From a virus: a stretch of DNA of 64,000 nt. The stretch is from the IMG/VR virus record IMGVR_UViG_3300022903_000002, positions 32,001 to 96,000 of that record. One strand, 5' to 3'. Numbering within the stretch: the stretch's first letter is position 1; the number at the start of each line of letters is the position of its first letter. This document shows positions 27,829 through 37,507 of the stretch, one piece after another. Both the position numbers and the translations under genes were made by a program. Below the pieces are notes generated by a model. The model had not been told where the DNA came from. It made no database searches and saw nothing but the letters and a program-made list of their open reading frames with translations.

Positions 27829-28733
27829 TGGCCCACATCTCCAGCATCACCAAAGTCCAGAACTCCTCCGCGACCGTCGTCACGATCACGCTCACCGCGG
27901 CCGTCTCCGCCGGCCACACGCTGATCGGCGGGATCTGCTGGGAAGCCGCCGCCGGGACGGTCCCGACGATCTCGAGCATCGTCGACTCCCGCAGCAACAC
28001 GTGGACGACCACACCCGATGACAGCGTGGTCGCGGCGACGACACTCGCGGTCGCGGTCATCCGGGCGAGGGTGACGACGGCGCTGCAGGTCGGCGACACG
28101 ATCACCATCACGATCAGCGCCGCCCGTTCCAAATGGGCGATCCAGATCGACGAGTTCGATGATGTCAACGCCTCAAGCCCGAAAGACGTCGTCGCACACA
28201 ACGCGCCAGGGTCCTCTACCTCCCTGGCGTCGGGTACGACAGCGACGACCGCGCAGGCCTACGAACTCCTGTACGCGGTGTTCGGTCTCGGCACGGGCCG
28301 CACGATCACGATCCCGTCAGGCTGGTCCGGCGGCGCGTCTGTTGAGACGACCGGCGGCACCGACCGTGCCCTGCAGGCCGCCTGGAAATACCAGGCCACG
28401 ACCGGCGCGCAGTCGGTGACGTTGACGCTCAACACGGCATCGACCTACGGCGGGGTCATCGCCGCCTACAAAGCGACAAGCCTCGCCCCACCGCTCGGCC
28501 GCGTATCGCAGGTGAAACTGCAGGTGCCGCAGGCGACAGCACCCGCTGTGGGTCGTGTCTCCCAGGTCCGGCTCGCTGTCCCGGTAGGCGCTACCGGCGT
28601 GGTCCGCGTCGCACAGGTCAAACTCCGGGTCCCGACCCTCACCGGCCAGACGCCGTATTCGGGCATCAAAGGCGCGGTCGACGGAGTACTCACCGACTCC
28701 GCGATCTCGACCGCGCAGAACGGAGCGGTGTGA
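27828..28733 (+). CDS. minor tail protein
   Basis: Thr/Ala-rich; three C-terminal repeats (GRVSQVKLQVP, GRVSQVRLAVP, VRVAQVKLRVP). Confidence 0.65.
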   Translation: MAHISSITKVQNSSATVVTITLTAAVSAGHTLIGGICWEAAAGTVPTISSIVDSRSNTWTTTPDDSVVAATTLAVAVIRARVTTALQVGDTITITISAARSKWAIQIDEFDDVNASSPKDVVAHNAPGSSTSLASGTTATTAQAYELLYAVFGLGTGRTITIPSGWSGGASVETTGGTDRALQAAWKYQATTGAQSVTLTLNTASTYGGVIAAYKATSLAPPLGRVSQVKLQVPQATAPAVGRVSQVRLAVPVGATGVVRVAQVKLRVPTLTGQTPYSGIKGAVDGVLTDSAISTAQNGAV

Positions 28734-29173
28734 TGCGCCACCCCGGCTGGCGGCTCCGTTTCGAAACCAACCCGTTCGGCACCATGGCCGCGTTCGCCGC
28801 AGTCGTCCTCGGCTCCCTCGGCGTGATCCTCGGTGACGGCGTGAGCCAGGGTATGACGCTCAGCTTGCATGCCACCGCGAACGTCACCGCGCACCTGTGG
28901 GGTGCGGCGTTCGCCGTCGGCGGGATCTTGAAGCTGGTCGGCCTCTACGCGGGCCGCACGACCATCGAAACGCCAGGCCTGTGGGCGATGACCGGAGGCT
29001 ATGCCTTCTATTCGATCACCGTCACTCTCGGCCTGGGCATGCACGGCCTGGCCGCAGGGATCATCTCCGGCGCGATGACGATCGGATGCCTGATCAAAAC
29101 CCACATCATCATGGCTCGAGCGAGGCAGGTGACACGCCGCGTCGAGGCGACCGGAGGCGATGAGGAGGCGTGA
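28733..29173 (+). CDS. multi-pass membrane protein (holin-like)
   Basis: About four hydrophobic segments. Confidence 0.6.
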   Translation: MRHPGWRLRFETNPFGTMAAFAAVVLGSLGVILGDGVSQGMTLSLHATANVTAHLWGAAFAVGGILKLVGLYAGRTTIETPGLWAMTGGYAFYSITVTLGLGMHGLAAGIISGAMTIGCLIKTHIIMARARQVTRRVEATGGDEEA

Positions 29174-29514
29174 GCGTGCACACATCAGATGTGATCGTCT
29201 CAATCGCTCAGGTCGCCGCAGGAGGCACGATCGTCCAAGGCGTACTGGCGTTCTTCCGCCGCCGTACAGAACTACGGCAGCTCGACACTCAGTCCGACAG
29301 CGTCATCGTCGGGACCGCCGAACACGTCGTGGTTTTGCTGCGGACCGAACTCGACGCCGCGAAGGACGAGATCAAAAAGCTCAAAGCGGATCACGCCAGT
29401 GAACGCGCGGATATGCAGCGTCAACTCACGCGCCTCGGAGACCAGATCTCAACGGTCCGCGCGGAGAACGTGGTGATGAAAGCGGAGATAGAGCGCCTGC
29501 AAAAAGAAGCATGA
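29170..29514 (+). CDS. membrane-anchored coiled-coil protein
   Basis: N-terminal TM segment followed by coiled coil, typical of the lysis region. Confidence 0.65.
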   Translation: MSVHTSDVIVSIAQVAAGGTIVQGVLAFFRRRTELRQLDTQSDSVIVGTAEHVVVLLRTELDAAKDEIKKLKADHASERADMQRQLTRLGDQISTVRAENVVMKAEIERLQKEA

Positions 29515-29542
29515 CATGCCATTGCTCGGTTAGGGGCTGCTC

Positions 29543-30034
29543 GTGGCTGATCATGTCTGCTCGCTGAAGTACGACCCGGCCGTAGATGGGTCGCAGTCGA
29601 TCCCGGGCGACGGCGCATACCACCTCGTCAGGTTCCCCTACGGGGGTCACGAGTCGTATGACCCGGACAACATGCACGCCCAATCCCGCGGCGGCAGCGA
29701 CCACCCGTTCAGCAGCCAACAGGCCGGGCTGATCTGGCCGGCGCTCCCATCTGGCAGATCAGCGTGGGCCGAGATCAAAGCGATGATCCAGTGGAAGCCA
29801 GGGAACGCGACCGAGTACCGAGACCGGTTCACCCGCGACCCGCTGAACCTGTCGACCGGAGCGGACTCCACCTGCACTGAACACCGTCCACCATCGCCGG
29901 GCATGCAGTGCTTCGCGAAGGCCTGGGCGATGTGGATGTCCCCAGAGACCCCCCTCGGGCTGATGGTCGCCCACAACTCCTCCTCGCCGATCCGGCTTGA
30001 CGTGTGCGAGTTCAAGATCTCCTACCGCACGTAA
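29543..30034 (+). CDS. hypothetical protein
   Basis: 163-aa ORF in the operon. Confidence 0.6.
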   Translation: MADHVCSLKYDPAVDGSQSIPGDGAYHLVRFPYGGHESYDPDNMHAQSRGGSDHPFSSQQAGLIWPALPSGRSAWAEIKAMIQWKPGNATEYRDRFTRDPLNLSTGADSTCTEHRPPSPGMQCFAKAWAMWMSPETPLGLMVAHNSSSPIRLDVCEFKISYRT

Positions 30035-30053
30035 ACCCCCGAACCATCCCACC

Positions 30054-30083
30054 GAAGCCTCAGGCACCCGCCTGGGGCTTTTC
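30054..30083 (+). terminator. hairpin terminator
   Basis: GAAGCCTCAGGC-ACCC-GCCTGGGGCTTTTC. Confidence 0.55.
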
Positions 30084-30101
30084 GCATTGAGAGGGGCGAC
30101 C

Positions 30102-30986
30102 ATGCCCGATCAGGACGTCGAAGAGTTCGTTCCGCCGCCGGCAGGGGAGACGGTCCCGCCGCCCGGCCCGTCTGACCGCGGCGCACCCGACCTCCCGGAC
30201 CCGCCCGATGACGGCGTCGAGTACGTCGACCCGCTCGCACACGAGGAGGGGGACCGCCGGAAGCTGACCGCTGCGGCGACAGCACCGACGGGTTCGCAGG
30301 TGCTGGCGTATGCCCGCACATTCAAGGGCGTCGCGGACGGCCGACGGCGGGAGAACGAGAACGACTTCACCCACTGGTACTACGGCAACTCCACCGCCGC
30401 ATCGTTCTGCCTGATCTTCATCTGTTACGTCTTCAACCACTTCGACGTGCTCGTGACGTTCCTGGGCGGGAAGATCGCGTACTGCCCGGACGTGAAGAAG
30501 CGCGTCGGCTCCAAGTTCCACACCACCAGATCCGACATCCGGCCGGGCGACCCGGTCCTGTTCGACTTCAACAACACGAACGAGCCCGAGCATGTCGGCC
30601 TGTTCGTGAAGTGGCTGAACGACTCCCACACCATGTTCGAGTCGTTCGAGGCGAACACGACCGGCGGTGGCAGCAGCGACTGGATTGGCGCCAAGACCCG
30701 CTACTGGTCGGACGTGTTCGGCTACGTCAAGCCTGGTCTCGCCCCGGAGAACCCCAATGCGTACCCCGGCAAGATCTACCGGTATGTCAAGGGTGACCTG
30801 ATGCACGATGACCACATCGAGTGGGCGCAGGGCCGCCTCAACGCGAAGGGCGCATCGCCGAAGCTTGTCGCGGACGGCGTGTACGGCACGAAGACCCGCG
30901 ACGAGGTTAGCGATTTCCAGTCCGCGAACGGACTCACGAAGGACGGGGAAATCGGCCCGAAGACCTGGGCGAAGCTCGGGGCCTAA
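30102..30986 (+). CDS. endolysin: CHAP catalytic domain plus C-terminal PG-binding domain
   Basis: FCLIFI (Cys), RPGDPVLFDF...EHVGL (His), EANT; ADGVYGTKT...FQ...DGEIGPKTW. Confidence 0.85.
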   Translation: MPDQDVEEFVPPPAGETVPPPGPSDRGAPDLPDPPDDGVEYVDPLAHEEGDRRKLTAAATAPTGSQVLAYARTFKGVADGRRRENENDFTHWYYGNSTAASFCLIFICYVFNHFDVLVTFLGGKIAYCPDVKKRVGSKFHTTRSDIRPGDPVLFDFNNTNEPEHVGLFVKWLNDSHTMFESFEANTTGGGSSDWIGAKTRYWSDVFGYVKPGLAPENPNAYPGKIYRYVKGDLMHDDHIEWAQGRLNAKGASPKLVADGVYGTKTRDEVSDFQSANGLTKDGEIGPKTWAKLGA

Positions 30987-31047
30987 CCCCCCGTTTCCTG
31001 CCCTCGCTGATTCCTGCCGGGGGCTTTCGTCGTGTCTGGAGGGCAAT

Positions 31048-31899
31048 TTGACGATCAAGTTCCAGGGCGGCCGGCTCGCACCGGACCGCAGCAAGCCGCG
31101 GCTGTTGCTGCGCCCGTTCATGGGCACTGTCACTGCGGCTCCCTCTTCGGTGGATTGGCACAGCAACGTCGCTGACTGGCCCATGTACCTCAACGATCAG
31201 GTGGGGTCCTGCACGGAAGCGATGGTCGGCCACAACCTGCAGAACACCTCCACCTACGGCGACGGTGCGACCGTCACCATCGGCGACGATGACGTCCTAG
31301 CCGCCTACGTGCGGGTGTCCGGCTACCGCCCAGGCGACCCGTCGACCGACAACGGTGCCGTCCTGCAGAACGTGTACAACGACTGGCGGAAGAACGGCGT
31401 CGGCGGACACCGGACCCTGGCGTTCGCTGAGGTCGATGTCTCGGATCTGAACGAGGTCAAGACCGCCGTTGCAACGTTCGGGGCCGCAGGCTTCGGCATC
31501 ACTGTGACGCAGCAGATGATGACGGATTTCAACGCCGGGAAGGGCTGGACCCGTGCCGGCGACAGGAAGCTCGGCGGGCATGCGGTCGTCGCGGTCGGCT
31601 ACGACGTCGACGGCGTAGACATCGTCACGTGGGCGACTGCGATCCGGATGACGTGGACGGTGTTCCAGAAGGTCTGCGAGGAAGCCTGGATAGCTGTCCT
31701 GCCCGAATGGCTCAATGATCAGTCCGGCAGGGACCCGCTGGGCGTGGACCTGCTCGGGCTCGGTGAGGCCTTCTCGGCACTCACCGGTGAGGTGAACCCT
31801 TTCCTCCCGTCCCCAGCCGCAAGCCCGGCCCAGGCCCTTCCGCAGCGCCTGTTGACGTGGCTGATCAGACTCTTGCAGCGGCTGCTCGGGCGTGGCTGA
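31048..31899 (+). CDS. papain-like (C1-type) cysteine peptidase
   Basis: NDQVGSCT (Cys), GGHAVVAVGYD (His), IVTW; GGAGG before TTG. Confidence 0.7.
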   Translation: MTIKFQGGRLAPDRSKPRLLLRPFMGTVTAAPSSVDWHSNVADWPMYLNDQVGSCTEAMVGHNLQNTSTYGDGATVTIGDDDVLAAYVRVSGYRPGDPSTDNGAVLQNVYNDWRKNGVGGHRTLAFAEVDVSDLNEVKTAVATFGAAGFGITVTQQMMTDFNAGKGWTRAGDRKLGGHAVVAVGYDVDGVDIVTWATAIRMTWTVFQKVCEEAWIAVLPEWLNDQSGRDPLGVDLLGLGEAFSALTGEVNPFLPSPAASPAQALPQRLLTWLIRLLQRLLGRG

Positions 31900-31969
31900 G
31901 GCTGCGCCACCTCGGCGCTAACGAATCGATGGCCAAGGAACTCATCGCGTGGATAGCGGCGAAGAATCT

Positions 31970-32203
31970 ATGAGTGAAGTGCGTCGCGTCGAGCGCGACG
32001 AGGACGGCCACCCCGTCTGGGTGCACTACTGCTCGGCCACATCACCGGGATTCGATCCGGTGGCCCGGGTGACGCTGCCGCTCGGCCCGCAGGGCTGGGA
32101 ATGGACCGAAGACGGCGGGCTGACGCCGTCGATCCTGTGCCACGGCTGCGGCGCGCACGGCTTCTGGGTCGGCGGCGAGCGTCCGTACTGGCGCGCCTGC
32201 TGA
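31970..32203 (+). CDS. small Cys/His protein (DUF6527-like)
   Basis: LTPSILCHGCGAHGFW. Confidence 0.55.
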   Translation: MSEVRRVERDEDGHPVWVHYCSATSPGFDPVARVTLPLGPQGWEWTEDGGLTPSILCHGCGAHGFWVGGERPYWRAC

Positions 32204-32311
32204 CAATCGGATTTCAACCCAAGCGGCTCCGGCTTACATTCCGAGCCGCCAAATGTAAGTGCCCCGGCCCGCCGTCGCGCGGGCTTCTCTCATGTAAGGG
32301 GAGGAACCTCC

Positions 32312-32656
32312 GTGAAGCACATCAGCTTTTCCAAAGATCCGGCCCTGTGGCTTACGCTCGCCCTGGCGGTCGCTCAGTTCGTGTCCATGTCGCTGCACCT
32401 GTCGACGGACCAGCAGAATGCGACGTCCGTGATCGTGACGGGCGTGTACACGATCATCCTGGCGTTCACGACCCGGCCTCTGCAGGTGGGTCTGATCACC
32501 GGATCGATTGCGACGATCGCCACGGCGATGGGCGCGTACTACGTGCACATCGGCCCGGACTGGGTGTCCGCGATTAACGCCCTCGTCGTCGGGGTGCTCG
32601 GCGCGCTGACGATGCTGCGCGTGTCGCCGGCCCCGTCGTTGGCCGCCAAGCCGTAA
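32312..32656 (+). CDS. holin
   Basis: GGGAGG RBS; KDPALW, four TM segments, ends RVSP. Confidence 0.75.
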   Translation: MKHISFSKDPALWLTLALAVAQFVSMSLHLSTDQQNATSVIVTGVYTIILAFTTRPLQVGLITGSIATIATAMGAYYVHIGPDWVSAINALVVGVLGALTMLRVSPAPSLAAKP

Positions 32657-32703
32657 AGACCTCCGCTGCGCGTCATCGCCTGCGCGTAGCGGAGCCCAAC
32701 AAG

Positions 32704-32752
32704 AAGCCCCACCCCCTGTCGCCTTTCGCGGCGGGGGTGGGGCGGCTTTTTG
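32704..32752 (+). terminator. terminator between convergent genes
   Basis: AAGCCCCACCCCCTG...GCGGGGGTGGGGCGGCTTTTT. Confidence 0.6.
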
Positions 32753-32762
32753 CTGCCTGGAG

Positions 32763-33536
32763 TCAGTGCTGGTTGCGTCGCCGCCACATCAGCAGGCCCG
32801 TACCGCCGCCAAGCGCGACCACCAGACCGCCGGCGACCATCAGCGCCGTGTTCGCGCTGCCGCTGCTCGACCCGTCACCGGTCTGCGGTGCACCCGACGG
32901 AACAGTCGTGGGTGTCGACCCGCCGCCACCGCTCGGGCTCGTCGGTGTGGTGCTCGGGGTTGGTGTGGGGGAGTGGCTCGGCTTATGCGGCCTGCACCCC
33001 AGCGAGTAGACGTGCCCATCGAACGACACCGAGGTCACCAAAGCCGTGTTGCCTGCGTCGTTCGCATACCCCACCCCGAAGCTGAGAATGGTAGTGGCCG
33101 CCGTGTAGTTCCACTTCCCGACCAGGTCGGCTGGGGAACTGGCTGGCTGACCCTGACTACCCTCACCTGATGCGATCTTGCTGGACCACCACTTGCCGTC
33201 CGCGGTCTTGTTGATGGTGCTGTAGGGCGCGGTGGTTTCCAGTTTGAACAGCGGCAGCACGCCCTTAAACAGGTGCGCTTGGAATCCGCTGTTGGGCACG
33301 TGTGTCAGCGTGTACGCCGCTGCCGGTTTGTGGTGGATCAGCGACGGCCCGTCGAACAGCATGCCGCGGCGGAGCTGCTTTGGTTTCAGCGCGGTCTCGT
33401 CAGGGTTGACGTACCAGTCGGCGTTGCAGGTGCTGTGATCGCCGGTGCTGCCCGTTTGTGCACTCGCGTAGGTGGCGGGTGCTATCGCGAGCATGGCCGC
33501 GGCGACGACGCCAGCCATAGCGAGGATGCGTCTCAT
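32763..33536 (-). CDS. secreted, sortase-anchored surface protein
   Basis: Signal peptide MRRILAMAGVVAAAML...ASA, Pro/Thr linker, APQTG, TM segment and RRR tail. Confidence 0.78.
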   Translation of the reverse strand: MRRILAMAGVVAAAMLAIAPATYASAQTGSTGDHSTCNADWYVNPDETALKPKQLRRGMLFDGPSLIHHKPAAAYTLTHVPNSGFQAHLFKGVLPLFKLETTAPYSTINKTADGKWWSSKIASGEGSQGQPASSPADLVGKWNYTAATTILSFGVGYANDAGNTALVTSVSFDGHVYSLGCRPHKPSHSPTPTPSTTPTSPSGGGGSTPTTVPSGAPQTGDGSSSGSANTALMVAGGLVVALGGGTGLLMWRRRNQH

Positions 33537-33798
33537 ACGACAGGTGCTCATTTCTGCGGGGAATGACGTAATGAGACGCCTGTTGCTGGTGTGGGGTTGG
33601 CGGTTGGCGCATTCAGGACACCCATGACCGATAGTCATGCGAACGTGACGGGTCGTGTCGCACCCCGTACTAAGGGAGGCGGCTGGCGGCGCGACCGGCA
33701 TGAGTCCACGGTTCCAGGACGGCGGCGATACCTGGCGCTCTTTATGCTGTCCCGGACCCTATAGACCGCTAGAGAGCGCGAGATCCGGCGCTCCGCCG

Positions 33799-34284
33799 TC
33801 AGCGTCGCCTGAGGAGACGTTCCCACCAGGTCGGAGGGACGTAGTCGAAGATGTAAGCCCCATCCTCAGTAACAGCGCCAGTCCTCGACTTCGCGTAGAC
33901 CGGACCGCGATCGTCTCCAGTTACCGGCTTCATCCCTGCGATATCTGGGAGGACATTGAGCTCGGACACCTCACCGTCATACGGTCCGCCGGACAGGAGG
34001 ATACGGTATTGCTGGGCAGCGGACGCCTCATCGCCGGCCGGCTGAGGGACAGCGTGAAGCGCTGGCTTTGCCGGTTCGTTGCGAGCCGCCGCGGAGTGTT
34101 CGAATGCGAAGACGTGGGCACCGTCGGAGGTCGTCTGCCCCGTAGGGACGTAGAACAGGTTCACGCCCCTTTGCCTCGGGTGGCGCAACTGGACGATGTC
34201 AGGGAATTTGCGGATCCGCACTCGTTCGCCGTCGCACGGTCCGCCGAACAGGTGGATCCGGTACTCCTGGCCGCCGGAAGTCAT
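33799..34284 (-). CDS. hypothetical protein with internal duplication
   Basis: YRIHLFGGPCDGE / YRILLSGGPYDGE and DGAHVF / DGAYIF. Confidence 0.6.
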   Translation of the reverse strand: MTSGGQEYRIHLFGGPCDGERVRIRKFPDIVQLRHPRQRGVNLFYVPTGQTTSDGAHVFAFEHSAAARNEPAKPALHAVPQPAGDEASAAQQYRILLSGGPYDGEVSELNVLPDIAGMKPVTGDDRGPVYAKSRTGAVTEDGAYIFDYVPPTWWERLLRRR

Positions 34285-34387
34285 CGGTCGCTCCGTCTCT
34301 GGGCGGGTGGCGCGACACCTCAGCGCGAAGATCAGGTTCCGCATGCGCCCCCTCCCGCCCTGTTCAGCGTTGTGAAGCAGGGGGGCG

Positions 34388-34561
34388 TTACGGGAGCGGC
34401 ACGAACTCAGCGCCCAGCCGCCTCAGTTTCTCCGCCGCGGCCTGCTCGTCCATGCCGACGAGCCGTAGCCCCCGGCCGCGTCCGTAGGGTGCAGCGTCCA
34501 CGACCTTCCCGTTCCGGATGACGATGCCGAACGTCGCGCGGGGGAGCGATACCCAAATCAT
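34388..34561 (-). CDS. small conserved protein
   Basis: WVSLPRATFGIVIRNGKVVDAAP. Confidence 0.6.
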   Translation of the reverse strand: MIWVSLPRATFGIVIRNGKVVDAAPYGRGRGLRLVGMDEQAAAEKLRRLGAEFVPLP

Positions 34562-34584
34562 GCGGTCAGCAGGATCGACCAGCT

Positions 34585-34827
34585 TCACGATGCGCTGTCC
34601 TCGGTGATCCCGCACGCCCCGCATGTCCACCCCGAAAGGGCGCAGTCCGACCCGCAACCATTCCAGTTACGGCACGTCGAACACTCTCGCCCGTTATGAA
34701 GCGCCCTCGCGGGCTGGCCGCACGTAAGGCATACGGCGACCTGGCCAGAGCCTCCACCCATCGCGCGGGGAAGGACGTTGCCGCTGTGGTCGGTCTCGTG
34801 GACGTCGCGGACCTCGAAGTTGCTCAC
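34585..34827 (-). CDS. Cys-rich small protein
   Basis: Several CxxC motifs; coupled to the recombinase stop. Confidence 0.55.
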   Translation of the reverse strand: MSNFEVRDVHETDHSGNVLPRAMGGGSGQVAVCLTCGQPARALHNGRECSTCRNWNGCGSDCALSGWTCGACGITEDSAS

Positions 34828-35837
34828 GTCTCGCTCGCTTCCTGGTGGAGAGGCTCAGCCTCGCGGTCAGCCAACGTCTTTCGTCTGCGGGCCGCCAGGA
34901 CGAGCCCAGGTCGCTTGTCGCGCCGGTTGCGCGCCCGGTCGTACCGACGAGTGGTCTTCGGATCCCGATGCCCCAGGGCGTCCTGTACGTCCACCAGCGG
35001 CACGCCTTCGTCCAGCGCGTGCGTGGCCATGGTGTGTCGCAGCGAGTGTGGGCCGAGCCGTTCCCACGACTTGATGCCCGCCGTGCGGGCGAGATGCCGG
35101 ATCAGCCTCCAGGCATACGCCTGATCGATGCGGAAGCCGGAGACGTTCAGGAACAGAGGCTCATCTTTTGCGGGCTTGCCGCGCTCCGCGAGGTAGGCAT
35201 CGAGCGCTTCGGCGGCAATCTCCTCGATATGGCGGTGCGTGATGCTGCCGCCCTTCATAGTCAGGGCGATGGTCCGCTCGCCCTCGTTCCAGCCGAGGTC
35301 TCCGATGTTGGCGGCTACCACTGAGCCGACGCGTAGGCCGGCGTAGAACAGGACGGCGATCAGGGCCGCCGAACGCTTGCAGTCAGCCTCTGCGGCGTCG
35401 AGCAGCTGGTTGAGTTCGGCTTCGCTCAGCCCGACGGCGTTAGAGACGCTCTGGTCGATCTTGGGCCGCTTCACGGCCTTGGCGGGGTTGGTCTCGATGA
35501 CCTCTTCGTCGGTGAGGTACTGGTACCACGAGGACACGACGGCCAGGCGGCGGGAGATCGAAGCGGGGGAGTAGCTCACCTGCTGGAGTGCGTGCTTGTA
35601 GGCATCCACGTGAGCGCGGCGGACCTTGAGCGGGTCGAGGTCGCGCTCGGCGCACCAGGGGAGCCAGCCGGGAACCTTCATACGTGGGGCGGTGCTCATG
35701 AGGTCGCGAGCGTAAGCGACCTTGGTGTGTTCGCTGCCCTGGGCGAGTAGCCATGCAGCGACCATCTGCCGGATCGTGTCTTCAGCATCGTTTGACCGCG
35801 CGGGAAGAGGCGCGACAGTCGGTTCGAGGGCGGTCAT
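34824..35837 (-). CDS. XerC/D-like tyrosine recombinase
   Basis: SAM-like N-domain, GLR, KGG, HSLRH, LGH...TTRRY; no arm-binding domain. Confidence 0.9.
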   Translation of the reverse strand: MTALEPTVAPLPARSNDAEDTIRQMVAAWLLAQGSEHTKVAYARDLMSTAPRMKVPGWLPWCAERDLDPLKVRRAHVDAYKHALQQVSYSPASISRRLAVVSSWYQYLTDEEVIETNPAKAVKRPKIDQSVSNAVGLSEAELNQLLDAAEADCKRSAALIAVLFYAGLRVGSVVAANIGDLGWNEGERTIALTMKGGSITHRHIEEIAAEALDAYLAERGKPAKDEPLFLNVSGFRIDQAYAWRLIRHLARTAGIKSWERLGPHSLRHTMATHALDEGVPLVDVQDALGHRDPKTTRRYDRARNRRDKRPGLVLAARRRKTLADREAEPLHQEASET

Positions 35838-36736
35838 CTCTTCCACAAGTGGACCTTCTCTCCGCCGAGCATCGGCGCTCCCTCGGGGCCTTTAACATGG
35901 GGGGCGATCCAAACCGGGCGATGAACCTCACGCTTTGGGTGCCATTGCTGTCGCCAGTGTCCCCTGACGATCCACTGGTGGTGGTATTCCCGTCCTGATG
36001 CTTCGGATTCGTCCGAGGATGTCTGGGAGCGTCGCAAGGTGATGATCCTCACGGGGGCCGCTTCAGGATCGATCCGAGCTATACGTTTGCGGTCAGCGCG
36101 AGAGTAGGTCGCGTCTTCAATGTTCAGGATCGACTGCTGCATCAGTGTCCAGAATGTCTTCGTGACCGCGCCGTGTTTCTGGGCGCTATCGACATCGGCT
36201 GGCTTCCCGGGTTCTTGTCCGAACGACCACCAGCCGGGGACATGTGTCTCGTGAACTAGCGGGAGCATCCGCCTTGTCGCTTCGACCAGTTTGGGATACG
36301 CGGAGATCTGGTCCGTGTAGTCCCGGCGCTCTGTCAGCCAGATCGTTTGAACACCCTGGCCTTCGAGTACAGCCCAAGCGAACCCGTGGACTCTCTCCGT
36401 AATGGGTTCGAACACGTTTGGAGCTACTTCGACTTCGTAGTCTCGATTCCAAAGAGGTTCGGGAGTGTAGAGCAGGCCGACCATCGAGGGAAGATCCTCT
36501 TGTTGCAGAGAGTAGTCAGGGATGGTTTTTGCAGCCTCGACCGCCAGTTGGGCCATCTGCGGAGCGACGTAGTAGAGGTCAACGCTCACGGAGGCGAGAA
36601 GATCAGCAAACTTGATCCGCATTGCTGTAGGCGTCTCAGATGGGTAGACGTTGTCGAAGAACGCCTCGGCGCGACCGTCTCGGTACCAGGCCAAGAGGTC
36701 ATGCTTGATCATCGGTAGATCGACTGCGCGGATCAT
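35834..36736 (-). CDS. conserved hypothetical protein
   Basis: HQWIVRGHWRQQW...WIAPHVKGP motif; more AT-rich codons. Confidence 0.7.
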   Translation of the reverse strand: MIRAVDLPMIKHDLLAWYRDGRAEAFFDNVYPSETPTAMRIKFADLLASVSVDLYYVAPQMAQLAVEAAKTIPDYSLQQEDLPSMVGLLYTPEPLWNRDYEVEVAPNVFEPITERVHGFAWAVLEGQGVQTIWLTERRDYTDQISAYPKLVEATRRMLPLVHETHVPGWWSFGQEPGKPADVDSAQKHGAVTKTFWTLMQQSILNIEDATYSRADRKRIARIDPEAAPVRIITLRRSQTSSDESEASGREYHHQWIVRGHWRQQWHPKREVHRPVWIAPHVKGPEGAPMLGGEKVHLWKR

Positions 36737-36763
36737 GTCTCATTCTCTCATTTCCGCAGGTCA

Positions 36764-36791
36764 GATTCAGATAAATGGAATTATCCTTGCA
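36764..36791. promoter_or_regulatory. dif-like recombination site candidate
   Basis: 11-6-11 layout GATTCAGATAA-ATGGAA-TTATCCTTGCA. Confidence 0.45.
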
Positions 36792-37507
36792 CTGATTAGG
36801 GGCCCCGAACCCCTGTTGAGCCGGGTTTCTGTCTGGTCGAGCATGCGTAGAAGTAGGTCCGCCAGCAGGACCGCCTCACTGGCTATCACCGGATCGTCGT
36901 AGTCGACGGCCCGGTGAGACGTCGGGTTCTTGAACAGTCCGATCGCGCCGGCGAAGAGAAACATCGCCGCTTCCTGCTCGCCGCCGTCCGCTGCCGTGTC
37001 GACCAGCGGTCCCGGGCCCTGCCGAGAGAACGCCTGCTTCATCAGTGCTACGCCCAGTGTCGAGCCAGGCAGATTAGCGAGTTCGCGTACTCGGATTTCG
37101 ACTTCGCGCATAGCCGCGAAGACCGCCAACTCGTACTCACCAAGGAGGAACTGTTGCTCTACCTGCTGAGCAATCCGGGAATGAAGGGCCATCCCGAGCC
37201 GTTCGGCTGCCGCAAGCTTGGCTATTCCGTACTTCAGTGTCTCACGACCAAGCCTGCTTACGCGGTATGCGTCTGGGGACATCTGAGAGGGATCAGGTGT
37301 TACTAGTCCGTGTGTCATGAGCCACCCCCAACCCTCGCCGAGCGCGGCGCTGATCTCTGGGTCCTGTGCAGTGCCGTAATTCTCTGCCGCGCGCATCCAG
37401 TTCCGCCAGTTCGAACCTCTGCTAGAGGCATAGCTCTGGAGGATGAGGAGAGCCAGCGCATCGATTGGTAGGGCAAGTGTCTCTTGCTTCGAACGGTTCC
37501 AACTCAT
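36767..37507 (-). CDS. TIGR02391 (Ymh)-like protein
   Basis: AVFAAMREVEIRVR, GVALMKQAF, LFAGAIGLFKNPTSH. Confidence 0.82.
   Translation of the reverse strand: MSWNRSKQETLALPIDALALLILQSYASSRGSNWRNWMRAAENYGTAQDPEISAALGEGWGWLMTHGLVTPDPSQMSPDAYRVSRLGRETLKYGIAKLAAAERLGMALHSRIAQQVEQQFLLGEYELAVFAAMREVEIRVRELANLPGSTLGVALMKQAFSRQGPGPLVDTAADGGEQEAAMFLFAGAIGLFKNPTSHRAVDYDDPVIASEAVLLADLLLRMLDQTETRLNRGSGPLISARIIPFI

Noticed and set aside
34824-35837. This recombinase as the phage integrase
   Set aside because: No arm-binding domain and far from the tRNA-derived att; a better candidate ends at 63909
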